Source of the DNA: Acidobacteriota bacterium | GTDB lineage: Bacteria > Acidobacteriota > UBA4820 > DSQY01 | Length of the DNA stretch: 64,000 bases | Direction of reading: 5' to 3' | Assembly: GCA_021787565.1 (NCBI GenBank) | Contig: JAJYLT010000016.1 | Coordinates: forward strand, 9,156-73,155 | Part shown: positions 22,117 through 32,755 of the stretch, in pieces | How the letters are laid out: every line of letters begins with the position of its first letter | Numbering within the stretch: the stretch's first letter is position 1 | The notes under the pieces: generated by a model | Told to the model about the DNA's origin: nothing | Seen by the model: only the letters and a program-made list of their open reading frames with translations | Databases searched by the model: none | Made by a program: the position numbers and the translations under genes

Positions 22117-22504
22117 ATGGAAGACGGACCCGTCTATCAGCGGATCAAGGCGCTCCTCGCCGATAGGGGGATCCCCTACCGCGAGATGCACCATCCGCCG
22201 ACGCGGACCTCGGAGGAGTCGGCGCGGGCGCGGGGCGAGGAGATGGCCGTGGGAGGGAAGGCCCTCGTGCTGATGGTGAGGGGCGAGTTCCGCCTCTTCG
22301 TCCTGAGCGCCGCGCTCAAGCTGGACTCGCGGAAGATCAAGGACCGCTTCGGCACGCGCAAGCTCCGGTTCGCCACCCGCCCGGAACGACCGCATCGCCT
22401 TTAACGCCGGCTCGCTCACCGACTCCATCCTGCTCTCCGTGCCCGACTACCTCACCCTGGTAGAGCCCGAGATCTTCGAGTTTTCAGCCGTGACCGAGGA
22501 GTGA
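22117..22504 (+). pseudogene. YbaK/EbsC aminoacyl-tRNA deacylase with internal deletion and frameshift
   Basis: HPPTRTSEESA...GKAL...LRFAT, then IAFNAGSLTDSI in another frame; the GxVPPFG motif is missing. Confidence 0.8.
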
Positions 22505-22600
22505 CCTCGGGAGGAGCGCGGCGGATCGCCATCGGCTCGGCGTGGGATGAGAACAAAGTCTTGCCGGCAGGCGTATCAGGATGACGGAAAGGAGGAGTCC

Positions 22601-22828
22601 ATGGCCCTTGCGATGATGTTTTCCTTCTTGATGATCCCCCATATGCCGCTCTTTCTCGCGCTGGGGGGCTGCTCGGCCATCTTTGTCATCATCCCCGTCT
22701 GGCGCATCAGCGAGAAGGCCGGCTTCAGCCCCGCCTGGAGCCTGCTCTTCTTCATTCCCCTGGCGGGCCTCATCTATCTGTGGGTCCTCGCCTTCTCCGA
22801 TTGGCCCTCGCGCCGCGCCGGGGCCTGA
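22601..22828 (+). CDS. Small membrane protein
   Basis: WRISEKAGFSPAWSLLFFIPL...LAFSDWP; AGGAGG RBS. Confidence 0.75.
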   Translation: MALAMMFSFLMIPHMPLFLALGGCSAIFVIIPVWRISEKAGFSPAWSLLFFIPLAGLIYLWVLAFSDWPSRRAGA

Positions 22829-22924
22829 GCATTCGCATCTCTTTGAACGAGAAGGGGGCGGAGCCCCGCTCCGCCCCCACGATTCCTACCCGCTCGAACC
22901 CTGTGCCGTCCGGCGCTTCTTGAC

Positions 22925-23347
22925 TAGTACCTGCTTAAAGAGAAGAGAGTAACGTATTACGAGTAGGGCGTGAGCTTCCAACCCACCCCGATTGTGTTGA
23001 AGGCGGCTGAGCAGGAGGTCCTGGAATCCTGGACGCGAACGGCCTCGATCCAGCAGCGGTACTCCTTTAGGGCGCGGGTCATTCTGATGGCAGGCGACGG
23101 CATGGGGACGCACGAGATCGCACGGCGGCTTGAGGCGAGGCCGGCGAGGGTGACGAAGTGGCGGACCCGGTTTGCCCTCAAAGGGATGGACGGTCTCCGA
23201 GATGCGCCGCGCCCGGGCAAGAAGCGCTGCTACGGTCCCAAGGAGGAGCGCCGCGTGCTGGAGAAGTTGGACCAAGAGCCTCCATCCGGATACGCGCACT
23301 GGAACGGTCGCCTTCTGGGTGAGGCGCCGAAGCTTCCGCCGGACTAA
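22925..23347 (+). mobile_element. IS630-family remnant (left end plus truncated transposase HTH, 22970-23347)
   Basis: TA then GTACCTGCTTAAAG end; RARVILM..G, EIARRL, KWRTRF...GLRDAPRPG, PPSGYAHW; DDE domain absent. Confidence 0.85.
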
Positions 23348-23419
23348 AGGAGGCGAATGCGCTGGAGCAGGAGCGCAAGCCTTCTTTCTCGGATGGAGAA
23401 ATATCCATAGGAGGTGCCC

Positions 23420-24511
23420 ATGCGGCGGTTGGCTATCCTCGTTGGCGTCGTCCTGCTGTTCGGATTCCAATCTGCCCGAGCTGAAGCGCCCGCCGCGGAG
23501 CCCTCCGCGCCGAAGGTTGGCGCCGGCCTGTGGCCCGCGGGCAAGCCGGTCTACGACCACGTGGTGATCGTCATCGAGGAGAACAAGGACTACGACGAGA
23601 TCGTCGGCAACCCCGAGTCGCCCTACATCAACGGGGTCCTCCTCCAGGAGGGGGCCAGCCTCACGCGGATGTACGCCGAGGAGCACAACAGCGAGGGCAA
23701 CTACTTCTGGCTCTTCTCAGGCTCCAATCAGGGCGTGGGCTTCGAGGACGAGATCCCCTCCGCCAAGACAAACTCCCACTATCCTTTCACCGCACCGAAC
23801 CTGGCCTCCCAGCTCCTGGCCGCGGGGCGGACCTTCAAAGGATACTCGGAGGGCCTGCCCGCCCCCGGCTCCACGGTGGCCCACGCCGGCCTCTACGCGC
23901 GCAAGCACGTCCCCTGGGTCAGCTTCGCCAACGTCCCGGACGGGCCCGGCGCCGCCGCCTCCTGCAGTCTCCCCTTCTCCGCCTTCCCAGCCGCCAGCCA
24001 TTTCGACGAGTTGCCCACGGTGGCCTTCGTGATCCCGGACCTCGACCACGACATGCACAACTGCTACCCGCCCAACTGCCTCGCCTCCCCGCTGGCCTGC
24101 TGCGTCTCGAAAGGCGATGCCTGGCTGCGGAAGAACCTCGACCCCTACGTCCAGTGGGCCAAGACGCACAACAGCCTCCTGATCCTCACCTTCGACGAGA
24201 GCGACGACAGGAGCGGCTACGCCGGCCTCACCAACCCCGCCGTCGATCCTGGCTCGTTCGGGCCCTGCAAGAAGGGCGACTGCGGGCAGCTCTGCAAGGA
24301 CCTTCAGAACCGCATCGTCACGATCTTCGCCGGCGCGCACATCAAGCCCGGGACCTACGCCGAGAGGAATGGCATCACCCACGTCAACGTTTTGCGGACC
24401 CTCGAAGCCATGTACGGCCTCCCCAGAGCCGGCGCCCAGCAGCCCAACGCCGCCGGCTGCGGCATCGGCGATGGCGCCATCATCACCGACGTCTTCCTGC
24501 CAACGCCCTGA
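23420..24511 (+). CDS. Secreted phosphoesterase / acid phosphatase family protein
   Basis: Signal peptide; DHVVIVIEENK, HNSEGNY, YARKHVPW, HDMH, TFDE. Confidence 0.85.
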   Translation: MRRLAILVGVVLLFGFQSARAEAPAAEPSAPKVGAGLWPAGKPVYDHVVIVIEENKDYDEIVGNPESPYINGVLLQEGASLTRMYAEEHNSEGNYFWLFSGSNQGVGFEDEIPSAKTNSHYPFTAPNLASQLLAAGRTFKGYSEGLPAPGSTVAHAGLYARKHVPWVSFANVPDGPGAAASCSLPFSAFPAASHFDELPTVAFVIPDLDHDMHNCYPPNCLASPLACCVSKGDAWLRKNLDPYVQWAKTHNSLLILTFDESDDRSGYAGLTNPAVDPGSFGPCKKGDCGQLCKDLQNRIVTIFAGAHIKPGTYAERNGITHVNVLRTLEAMYGLPRAGAQQPNAAGCGIGDGAIITDVFLPTP

Positions 24512-24643
24512 GCCCGGTCCCTGCGCGGCGAGCCGTCCGCGCCGACGTGCAGAGAAAAGGCCGCCCCGCCGGGGAGAGCGGGGCGGCCGCGCTTCGGTCC
24601 AACGCGAGGTCAAGCCTCAACGGCCTTCACGCCGGGCGCGGCC

Positions 24644-26938
24644 TCACTTCGCGGCCTTCGGGGCGGGCGGCTCCCTCACGCCGAGGTTGTGGGCTAGAAA
24701 GGACCAGACGTCGGCGGCCTGGGCGATGAGCTTGTCGGTGGGCATGTAGCCGTGGCTCGTGTTGGTCTCCACGTGGACGAGGATGGGGTTCTTCGGGCAG
24801 CCCTGGGCCCACTGGAGGGCCGCCGTGAACTGGTAGGTGTGGCTCGGCACCACGCGGTCGTCGTGGTCGGCGGTGGTGAGGATGGTGGGGGGATAGCAGA
24901 CCCCCTTCCGCACGTTCTGGAGGGGCGAATAGGCGATCAGCCACTTGAAGGCCTTCGGATCGTCGGAGGTGCCGTACTCGGGGGCCCACATGGCGCCGCC
25001 GGAGAACTTCTGGTAGCGCAGCATGTCCATCACCCCCGCGCCGGCGTAGGCCGCGCCGAAGAGCTCCGGGTGCTGGGTGATGCTGGCGCCGATGAGCAGG
25101 CCGCCGTTGGAGTAACCCTCGACGCCGAGCCGCTTGGGGTTCGTGTAGCCCTGGGCGATCAGGTACTTGGCCGCCCAGGCGAAGTCGTCGAAGACGTTCT
25201 GCTTGTTCCCCAGCATGCCGGCCTTGTGCCAGGCCTCGCCGTAGGCGGCGCCGCCGCGCAGGTTGGCCACGGCGTAGACGCCCCCCAGACCGAGCCAGAC
25301 GGGCAGCGAGGGCGAGAAGTAGGGAGTAATGGTGATGTCGAACCCGCCGTAGCCATACAGAATGGTCGGGTTGTTCCCGTCGAGCTTCAGCCCCTTCCTG
25401 GCTACGATGAACATGGGCACCTTGGTGCCGTCCTTCGAGGTGTAGAAGACTTGCTTGGTCTCGTAGGGCGAGGGGTCGAAGTCCACCTTGGGGGCGAAGA
25501 GGGTCTCTGTCTTTCCGTCGCGGACGTCGTAGTGGTAGACGGTGGTCGGGTAGAGGAAGGAGGTGAAGAGGTAGTACACGTCCGGCGAATCGTTGCGGGA
25601 CGAGAGGCCGCCCACCGTGCCGAGGGTCGGCATCCCCAGCGAGGCAAGCTCCTTGCCGTCGGTGCCGTAGAGGGCAAGGCGGCTGGTGGCGACGACCTGG
25701 GAGTCCACGAGGATCTTGCCGCCGGCCATGGCGGCTCCCGCGATCACCCCATCGCCCTCGGGCACCACCACGCGCCAGTGAGAGGGATCGGGCGTAGCCA
25801 GCGGCACGGCCACGATGCGCCCCATGGGCGCGTCGAGGTTGGTCTGGACGAAGAGGGTCTCGCCCTCGTGGCCGAAGACGACGTACTGGGCGTCGTTCTT
25901 GGTGAAGAGCGGCTTCAGGGGAGCTTTCACGTCGGGCTTCATGGGGTCGCCCAGGTCCGCCGCGTAGAGCTCGTTCTCGGGCGCCGTTCCGTTGTTCAGG
26001 TAGACGAAGAGATACCGGCCGTCCTCCGTCACGCTGCCCGAGATACTCCACTCGGGCAGATCGGGCCGGGCGTAGATGAGCTCGTCCTGAGACTGCGGCG
26101 TGCCGAGCCGGTGGTAGTAGAGCTTCTGGTCCCGCACGGCTTCGCTGATGGCCTTTCCCTTGGGCGGCTCGGGATAGCGCGAATAGTAGAAGCCCTTGTC
26201 GTCATTCGTCCACGAGACTCCCGAGAACTTCACCCAGCGCACCTCATCCGGCAGCACCTTGCCCGTGGCCACGTCGAGGAGGTGGATGGTCTCCCAGTCG
26301 GAGCCCCCCACCGACAGCTCGTAGGCCAGGTAACGGCCATCTTCCGTGGGCTGCCAGCCCGCCAGCGCGATGGAGCCGTCGGGCGAGATCACGTTGGGAT
26401 CGAGGAGCACCTTGGGCGCGGCCGTGGGGCCGTCCTGCACGTAGACCACTGACTGGTTCTGCAGCCCCGAGTTCCGGTCGAAGAAGAGCTTGCCTCCCGC
26501 CTCCACGGGCGCGCTCTCCTTGGCGTAGTTCCAGAGCGCCGTGATGCGATTCTGAATCCAGCCCCGCAGGGGAAGCTTCGCGAGGTACGAATCGGTCACC
26601 CGATTCTCAGCGGCCACCCACCGCTTCACCGCGGGACTGTTGAGATCCTCCATCCACTGGTAGGGCGCGGGCACCTTCGTGCCGAAGTAGGTGTCCACGA
26701 TGGCGTCGCGCTTCGCCTTGGGATAACGGAGGCGATCCGTCCCCGCCGCCGTTTTCGTCCCCTTCGCTTCGCGGGGCGCCTTGACGCCCAGAGCGGAAAC
26801 GGGCCGTGGCCACAGAACGGGTGCGCTCACGACCAGCACCGCCGCCAGGACCGCGCAAAAGCCGGCACGGGACCGGCCCCTCCGGCTCCATTGGGGCGAG
26901 ATTCCTTCGCCACGATCTCCATCGTGCACCTCACGCAT
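24644..26938 (-). CDS. Prolyl oligopeptidase (S9A)
   Basis: [36 protein letters not shown]; AAGGAGG RBS. Confidence 0.95.
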   Translation of the reverse strand: MREVHDGDRGEGISPQWSRRGRSRAGFCAVLAAVLVVSAPVLWPRPVSALGVKAPREAKGTKTAAGTDRLRYPKAKRDAIVDTYFGTKVPAPYQWMEDLNSPAVKRWVAAENRVTDSYLAKLPLRGWIQNRITALWNYAKESAPVEAGGKLFFDRNSGLQNQSVVYVQDGPTAAPKVLLDPNVISPDGSIALAGWQPTEDGRYLAYELSVGGSDWETIHLLDVATGKVLPDEVRWVKFSGVSWTNDDKGFYYSRYPEPPKGKAISEAVRDQKLYYHRLGTPQSQDELIYARPDLPEWSISGSVTEDGRYLFVYLNNGTAPENELYAADLGDPMKPDVKAPLKPLFTKNDAQYVVFGHEGETLFVQTNLDAPMGRIVAVPLATPDPSHWRVVVPEGDGVIAGAAMAGGKILVDSQVVATSRLALYGTDGKELASLGMPTLGTVGGLSSRNDSPDVYYLFTSFLYPTTVYHYDVRDGKTETLFAPKVDFDPSPYETKQVFYTSKDGTKVPMFIVARKGLKLDGNNPTILYGYGGFDITITPYFSPSLPVWLGLGGVYAVANLRGGAAYGEAWHKAGMLGNKQNVFDDFAWAAKYLIAQGYTNPKRLGVEGYSNGGLLIGASITQHPELFGAAYAGAGVMDMLRYQKFSGGAMWAPEYGTSDDPKAFKWLIAYSPLQNVRKGVCYPPTILTTADHDDRVVPSHTYQFTAALQWAQGCPKNPILVHVETNTSHGYMPTDKLIAQAADVWSFLAHNLGVREPPAPKAAK

Positions 26939-27282
26939 GCTTAAACCTCCTTGGCCGCAAGCGCCCCTGCCACCGGAGCATCCTCTCCGCCGGTCCCGCC
27001 GCAGCACTCCCCTTTTCCACCTTCCCGGCCGTTCTGTCAAATGGGGGCACAACTCCACGATGCCCCGGGTATGACTGGCACCATCCGAGTGGCGCCTTGG
27101 CCTTTCGGACGAGGATGGCCTAGGCGGTTCCTACAGAACGGAGATACCTCGGAGGGGCTTTCCGGGCAAGAGCACTCATCGGTCCAAGGGAGAAGGTTGG
27201 CATGGGCATGGGGAGAGCTACCTGGTTCAGCGTCACGGCCTCGTCGGCCGTGACGGACCCTCCTTTTCGATGGGAAGCGGGC

Positions 27283-27316
27283 GGGGAGCCGCCGGGCGAA
27301 GGCCGGGCGGCTCCCC
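27283..27316 (-). terminator. Hairpin downstream of the cytochrome c gene
   Basis: GGGGAGCCGCC...GGCGGCTCCCC; weak U-tract. Confidence 0.45.
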
Positions 27317-27352
27317 TTGGGAGGAAAGGGAGGAGGGGAGGAACGGTGGTGC

Positions 27353-27766
27353 TCAGTGCCCACCAGCTCGGGCGATGGCGATCTGGATAGGCACCGGAGG
27401 AGGAAAGAAGGCCGTGGGGTTCTTGTCCTTTCGGTGAATCTGGTCGTAGATCAGAAAGTCGAGGATCCTGGGGATGTCCTTGCTGGGGATCCCGGCGAGG
27501 CGGGTGTGAGCGCTGGTGGCGCAGGCCCTCCACTGCTCGGGAGTCATGGTCGTGTTGAGGGGCCGGGCCACGCTGTGGCACGCACCGCAGTCCTCCTGCA
27601 AGAGCTTGTAGCCCTGGCGGATGGCCGCAGGGTAGGAAGAAACATCCACCCGCTTCACGCCCTTGTCCTGAGGCCAAGGGCCCTGCCCAGCCGCCGCGGG
27701 CGCGAACACCACGAAGGCGAGGATCACCGCAACCGAGAAACCGATGGCCTCTTGCATCCTTGACAT
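27353..27766 (-). CDS. Small exported monoheme cytochrome c
   Basis: Signal peptide; single CxxCH (CGACH); 12 bp downstream of the cytochrome-porin gene. Confidence 0.8.
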   Translation of the reverse strand: MSRMQEAIGFSVAVILAFVVFAPAAAGQGPWPQDKGVKRVDVSSYPAAIRQGYKLLQEDCGACHSVARPLNTTMTPEQWRACATSAHTRLAGIPSKDIPRILDFLIYDQIHRKDKNPTAFFPPPVPIQIAIARAGGH

Positions 27767-27778
27767 GGCATCTTCTCC

Positions 27779-29059
27779 TTACCAGCCGAACTTGAGGTCG
27801 AACTTGACCAGCTTGTCGGTGGCGAAACCATCGAAGGGACCGTCGGCGCGCTGGTCGCAGTAGGCGAGGCGTAGCGCGGTGTTCCCCTCGGCCGTGAGGC
27901 ACTTCTGGCACCCCACGGACCAGGCGCGCAGGGTGGAGTTGTCGCCCCCCGCGGGATAACTCTCGGTGAGGCGGTCGTAGCGCGCCATGAGAGCGAAGCC
28001 CTGGGCGAGGTAGTAGTCGGCCTCGGCGTAGCCGGCATGCTGGGTGTAGCCGCCTGCGTTGATGCCTTCGGCCACCCGCCAGTCGTCCCGGCCCACGCCG
28101 TAACCCGCCAGCAGGTCAAGCTTGCGCGGCAGCACGAAGTAGTCGCCAAAGACGCCGTATCGCCGGAAGCTGGGCGAATAGGTGAATTCGGAGGGCAGGC
28201 CCGCGTTCTGGATCTGGTCCTTGCGCCCCTGGTAGTAGAAGACCGAGAGCCCTCCGCCGGCATTGATCCACCAGTCCCCGATCACGAAGACATCCTTCGA
28301 GTTCTTGGTGGCGCCGGAGGTGATGACGCTCCCGTCCGGGTTCAGCCCGTCGCTGACCTTGACGGTGAGGCCCAGTGACTCGTGGAAGTCGGGCGGCGCC
28401 CAGGTGTAGCCGAAGGTGAGGCCCACCGGCTGCTGGTCGAAGGAAACGTTGTTGGGATCACCGTAGGAGAAGAGAACGGGCGCAGCATCGAAGAGGCTGT
28501 ACCCTGCCCCGCGCACGCCGTCGGTGCCGATCAGTTCGCCCCGCCCGAAGCTGACGAAGTAGCTGCTTGTGGCGCGCCCCCCGGTGTAGCTGACGAACGC
28601 CATGGGCGCGTCGCCGTCGCTCATGGAGTACTGGGTCAGGTAGGAAAAGCCGGAATCGGGCATAGTGCCGGCGAGGTAGATGGAGGCGTCATCGAGATTG
28701 AAGCTGGAGGCCGAAGCGGAGCTGCCGGGCGCGGAGGTCCTCTCCTGCGTGGCGCTGCCTTGGAAGGTGAGCGAGACCGTGTCGCCCAGCTTCCACGGCA
28801 TGGACGAATCGAGGTCGCGGACCTGCGGAGCCTGCTGGCCCGCCCCGATTTGCGGGGGTATTCTGAAACCGAGCCTCTTGAAGAGGTAGCCGGTCAAAGT
28901 GAGGCGGGGATAGATGGTGTGGCACGTGAAGCAGCGGACGTGATACTTCCGCGAGAACGCCGGCACGGCTTCGGTCTTCTGGGGCCACAGCGCAAGGGTC
29001 AGTCCCGCGATGACCGCCAGCGTGGCGATGGCGATGGAATAAGTGCGTCCTTCTTTCAT
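27779..29059 (-). CDS. Cyc2-like fused cytochrome c / outer-membrane porin
   Basis: Signal peptide then AVPAFSRKYHVRCFTCHTIYPRLTLTGYLFKRLGF; beta-strand-rich remainder ending in aromatic FGW; AGGAGG RBS. Confidence 0.78.
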   Translation of the reverse strand: MKEGRTYSIAIATLAVIAGLTLALWPQKTEAVPAFSRKYHVRCFTCHTIYPRLTLTGYLFKRLGFRIPPQIGAGQQAPQVRDLDSSMPWKLGDTVSLTFQGSATQERTSAPGSSASASSFNLDDASIYLAGTMPDSGFSYLTQYSMSDGDAPMAFVSYTGGRATSSYFVSFGRGELIGTDGVRGAGYSLFDAAPVLFSYGDPNNVSFDQQPVGLTFGYTWAPPDFHESLGLTVKVSDGLNPDGSVITSGATKNSKDVFVIGDWWINAGGGLSVFYYQGRKDQIQNAGLPSEFTYSPSFRRYGVFGDYFVLPRKLDLLAGYGVGRDDWRVAEGINAGGYTQHAGYAEADYYLAQGFALMARYDRLTESYPAGGDNSTLRAWSVGCQKCLTAEGNTALRLAYCDQRADGPFDGFATDKLVKFDLKFGW

Positions 29060-29138
29060 AAGCAAACCTCCTCTGGCTTGTGCTTTCCCAATAGGTTCCA
29101 AGCGGTGAGCCCGCACCCCAGCGGACCGGCGCCTGAAC

Positions 29139-29154
29139 AGCAACGGGTGTGCCA
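29139..29154 (-). promoter_or_regulatory. sigma54 -24/-12 promoter of the cyc2-like operon
   Basis: Minus strand TGGCAC-ACCCG-TTGCT, 80 bp upstream of the start codon. Confidence 0.8.
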
Positions 29155-29396
29155 CGCGCCGGCCAGCGAGGGTATCTGTAGCCCAAAGCCAGGCCACGCC
29201 GTCGTGCGCCGGTACCGCGATGGGCGGCGGGCAGGCCGGCGATGGATGGGTGTGATGAAATGTGTTCAGAGAAGGTGAGGGACCCTGGACAGTTTTCGCT
29301 ACGCGCCCTTGCCTGCTCCTCCCGACCGGCGACTTGGCGCCTGGTGGCCCGGGGATATGGTGTGGTATCGAGCTTTCAGCCGAGGAGGAGACGATC

Positions 29397-29546
29397 ATGG
29401 AAGAGGCCGTGCGGGCCACGTTGCAGGCCCAGCTGTTGGACAGGCGGCAGAAACTGGGGTCGGCCATGGAGGAGAGCGGGGAGGCGGGCCAGCTCGTGCA
29501 CTTGCTCACCGAGGTGGACGCGGCCCTCGAACGGCTCGGATCGGGC
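29397..29546 (+). pseudogene. N-terminal remnant of a TraR/DksA-like coiled-coil protein
   Basis: QLLDRRQKL...LLTEVDAALERLGSG with GAGGAG RBS; similarity stops before the expected YGxCxxC finger. Confidence 0.5.
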
Positions 29547-29905
29547 GAAAAGGACGGCGACCCTGCTTCTGGGCGCGTGCGTCGGCCTCGCGGCCTCGGG
29601 CGCCGCCTTCCCCACCCAGCCCGCCCCGGCGCCCCGCCCCCCGACCGGCACCTCCCCGGCTCCCGCCGGAGACCACCCCGTCTCCCAAAGGGAGGGGCCG
29701 GCCCAGGGCGGCGAAAAGGAAAACCTTGCCACGTCTTCTCCGGGGACGGATACCATCGCCGGGCGGCCGAGCGATGACGCCGGAAGCGAGGGGCCCCTCC
29801 TTGGCGCCTGGACGTGGTGTGAGCGCCAGCACTTCACAAGGAGGGTGCAAGGGTGCATATTGGCACTGGAAGTAGGGAGGAGAGGCAGAGAATAGGAGTG
29901 AGACC

Positions 29906-30382
29906 ATGAAAGCCTCCCTGTCCGCCGCAGCCCTTCTCTCGGCCACGATCCTTCTCTCCGGCTGCGCATCCAGCATGTCCAACCGCAACTACTCGCTCAA
30001 CGAAGCCTACCAGCCCATGAACGTCCAGTACGGCACGGTGGACAGTGTCCGGTCGGTCCTCATTCAGGGCGCCCAGACCGGCGTCGGCCCGATGGCGGGC
30101 GCCGTCATCGGGGGTGCCGCCGGCAACGCCGTGGGCGGAGGGAACGGCCAGATCATCACGACGGTGGCCGGGGCGCTCCTGGGCGGCCTGGCCGGCGCCG
30201 CCGCCGAAGCGGGCGCCTCGCGCCAGGAAGGTCAGCAGATCACCATCCGCATGGACGACGGCCGCCTCATCGCCGTGGTACAAAGCGGCAAAGTCGCCTT
30301 CACGTCGGGAGAGCGGGTGCAGGTGCTGACGGCGCCCGACGGGACCACCCGCGTCGAGGCGGCGCCCGTGGCGCCCAGATAA
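29906..30382 (+). CDS. SlyB/Pcp-like glycine-zipper outer membrane lipoprotein
   Basis: Lipobox LSGC; GAVIGGAAGNAVGGG and GALLGGLAG zippers; ITIRMDDG. Confidence 0.88.
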   Translation: MKASLSAAALLSATILLSGCASSMSNRNYSLNEAYQPMNVQYGTVDSVRSVLIQGAQTGVGPMAGAVIGGAAGNAVGGGNGQIITTVAGALLGGLAGAAAEAGASRQEGQQITIRMDDGRLIAVVQSGKVAFTSGERVQVLTAPDGTTRVEAAPVAPR

Positions 30383-30662
30383 TTCCGGTCCGCCCGGCCC
30401 AAACCACCACCTCCCCTTCTCCGTACACCTTCGGGAGGACCGCCTGTTGTACGCTGGAGTGCGTCCTCTGGGAGAGGAGGAGCCATGCGTCGGATGCGCG
30501 GATTGGGACCGGGTGGCCCAGCTCAAGGCGGAGCCCGAATCCGCCCGCGCCACGCGCTTCCTGGTCTGCCACTCGCCCGAGGACATGGCCATTCCCTCGG
30601 CCCTGAGCGACACGTCCGTGGCCTACCTCAAGGAGCAGAAGATTCCCGTCGAATCCTTCCCG

Positions 30663-31430
<768 letters not shown>

Positions 31431-31514
31431 GGCCCGAGTCTAGCAGGCCCGCGCGGGACTGTCGCGGGGGCAGGCGCGAAGGAGGCGCCGGACTCTCCGC
31501 ACCGGCACCCGAAA

Positions 31515-31544
31515 GGAGAGGGGCCGGCGAACCGGCCCCTCTCC
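31515..31544. terminator. Perfect 13-bp hairpin
   Basis: GGAGAGGGGCCGG-CGAA-CCGGCCCCTCTCC; lies between divergent genes. Confidence 0.5.
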
Positions 31545-31569
31545 GACACGCATGAACCGCCTGGGCATT

Positions 31570-31720
31570 CCCCTATTCCGCGATAGCGGCTCAACGCCTG
31601 CGTAGGAGCGGCGCCTCGCCGCGAACCGGGTGACCCTGCGACCAGGATGCGGTGCCCGCGTACGGTTCGTCGCGCCGGGGGCGGCGCTCCTACGAGTGCA
31701 ATCCCATCGCGGAATTTGGG
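31570..31720 (-). mobile_element. MITE family A copy 3 (no target duplication)
   Basis: Full-length reverse copy; flanks GCATT and GAGGA do not match. Confidence 0.9.
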
Positions 31721-31790
31721 GAGGAGAGCCAAAGCCTGGCTGCACCAGTTTGGCGCTATATTATGGAGACATCGATGCGAGGGAGGTCGC

Positions 31791-32279
31791 ATGCGACTGG
31801 CCGCTTTCTCTCTGGCGCTTCTGCTGACGGCCCCCCCCGCTGCCCCTCCGCCCGTCGAGCCGGCAGCCTTGGGGGCACCCTTCCGCCTGGCGCAGGGGCA
31901 GGAGATCACGGTGGGCGGAGAGCTCCGGGTGCGCTTCGACGCCGTCACCGCCGACTCCCGCTGCCCCAAAGGGGTCCGATGCGTCTGGACGGGCAACGCC
32001 AGGGTGGTCCTGGTCCTCACGCTCCCGGGCCGTCCCTCGGCCTTGGTGACTCTGAACACGAACGTGGATCCCCGCGCCGCCTCCGCCCTGGGCTTCACGG
32101 TGGAGATGGAGGACTTGGAGCCCTCCCCCGAGCGGGGAAAGACCCTGCGTCAGAAAGACTACGTGGTCACGCTGGTGGTGAAGAGGGGCGAACCGCCCCC
32201 CGCCCAGCGCGGGCCAGCGTCTGCGGAGGTGCCCCATGCCCCTGTTGAATCTCCTGACGTCCGCCCCACTCGACGATGA
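31791..32279 (+). CDS. Exported hypothetical protein (DSRCP..V.CVW.G family)
   Basis: Signal-like N-terminus; DSRCPKGVRCVWTG; GGAGG RBS. Confidence 0.75.
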   Translation: MRLAAFSLALLLTAPPAAPPPVEPAALGAPFRLAQGQEITVGGELRVRFDAVTADSRCPKGVRCVWTGNARVVLVLTLPGRPSALVTLNTNVDPRAASALGFTVEMEDLEPSPERGKTLRQKDYVVTLVVKRGEPPPAQRGPASAEVPHAPVESPDVRPTRR

Positions 32280-32583
32280 GCACTCCGGGCCCCTCGCGGC
32301 CAAGCTGTCCAAGCTCGTCGCCTCGGCCATCGGCAAACCCGAACGCTACGTCATGGTGGCCCTGGGGAGCCTGGCCGTGGCCATGTCGGGGGGAATGGAG
32401 CCGTCCGCCTTCGCCGACGTCCGGAGCATCGGAGGCCTCACGGCCGATGTGAAGCGGAATCTCTCCGCGGGGATCTGCGCCCTTCTCCAGGAGAGCCTTC
32501 GCGTCCCCCCCGAGCGTGTGTATCTGAATTTCACCGATGTCCCACCCGAGGATTGGGGCTGGAACGGATCGACCTTCGCCTGA
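32236..32583 (+). CDS. MIF / phenylpyruvate tautomerase family protein
   Basis: Pro after Met, GKPERYVMV, SIGGL, RVYLNF, WGWNGSTF. Confidence 0.88.
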   Translation: MPLLNLLTSAPLDDEHSGPLAAKLSKLVASAIGKPERYVMVALGSLAVAMSGGMEPSAFADVRSIGGLTADVKRNLSAGICALLQESLRVPPERVYLNFTDVPPEDWGWNGSTFA

Positions 32584-32755
32584 TTTCGGTCCTGTCCGGC
32601 TCCTGAAATGCCGGGCCTTTGGGCCGCGGTCGTCGTTCAGCTCCTTGAAGCCGTCCAGGTCGAGGTAGGCCGGCACGCTGCCATGGATACGGCCGGATAG
32701 GTGTTACATTCATTGCCAGGATGGGAGGGGCCATCCGGGCCAGGAGGTGCCGGAC

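Noticed and set aside
29251-29270. CRP/FNR site upstream of the cyc2-like gene
   Set aside because: TGTGA is present but there is no correctly spaced TCACA half-site
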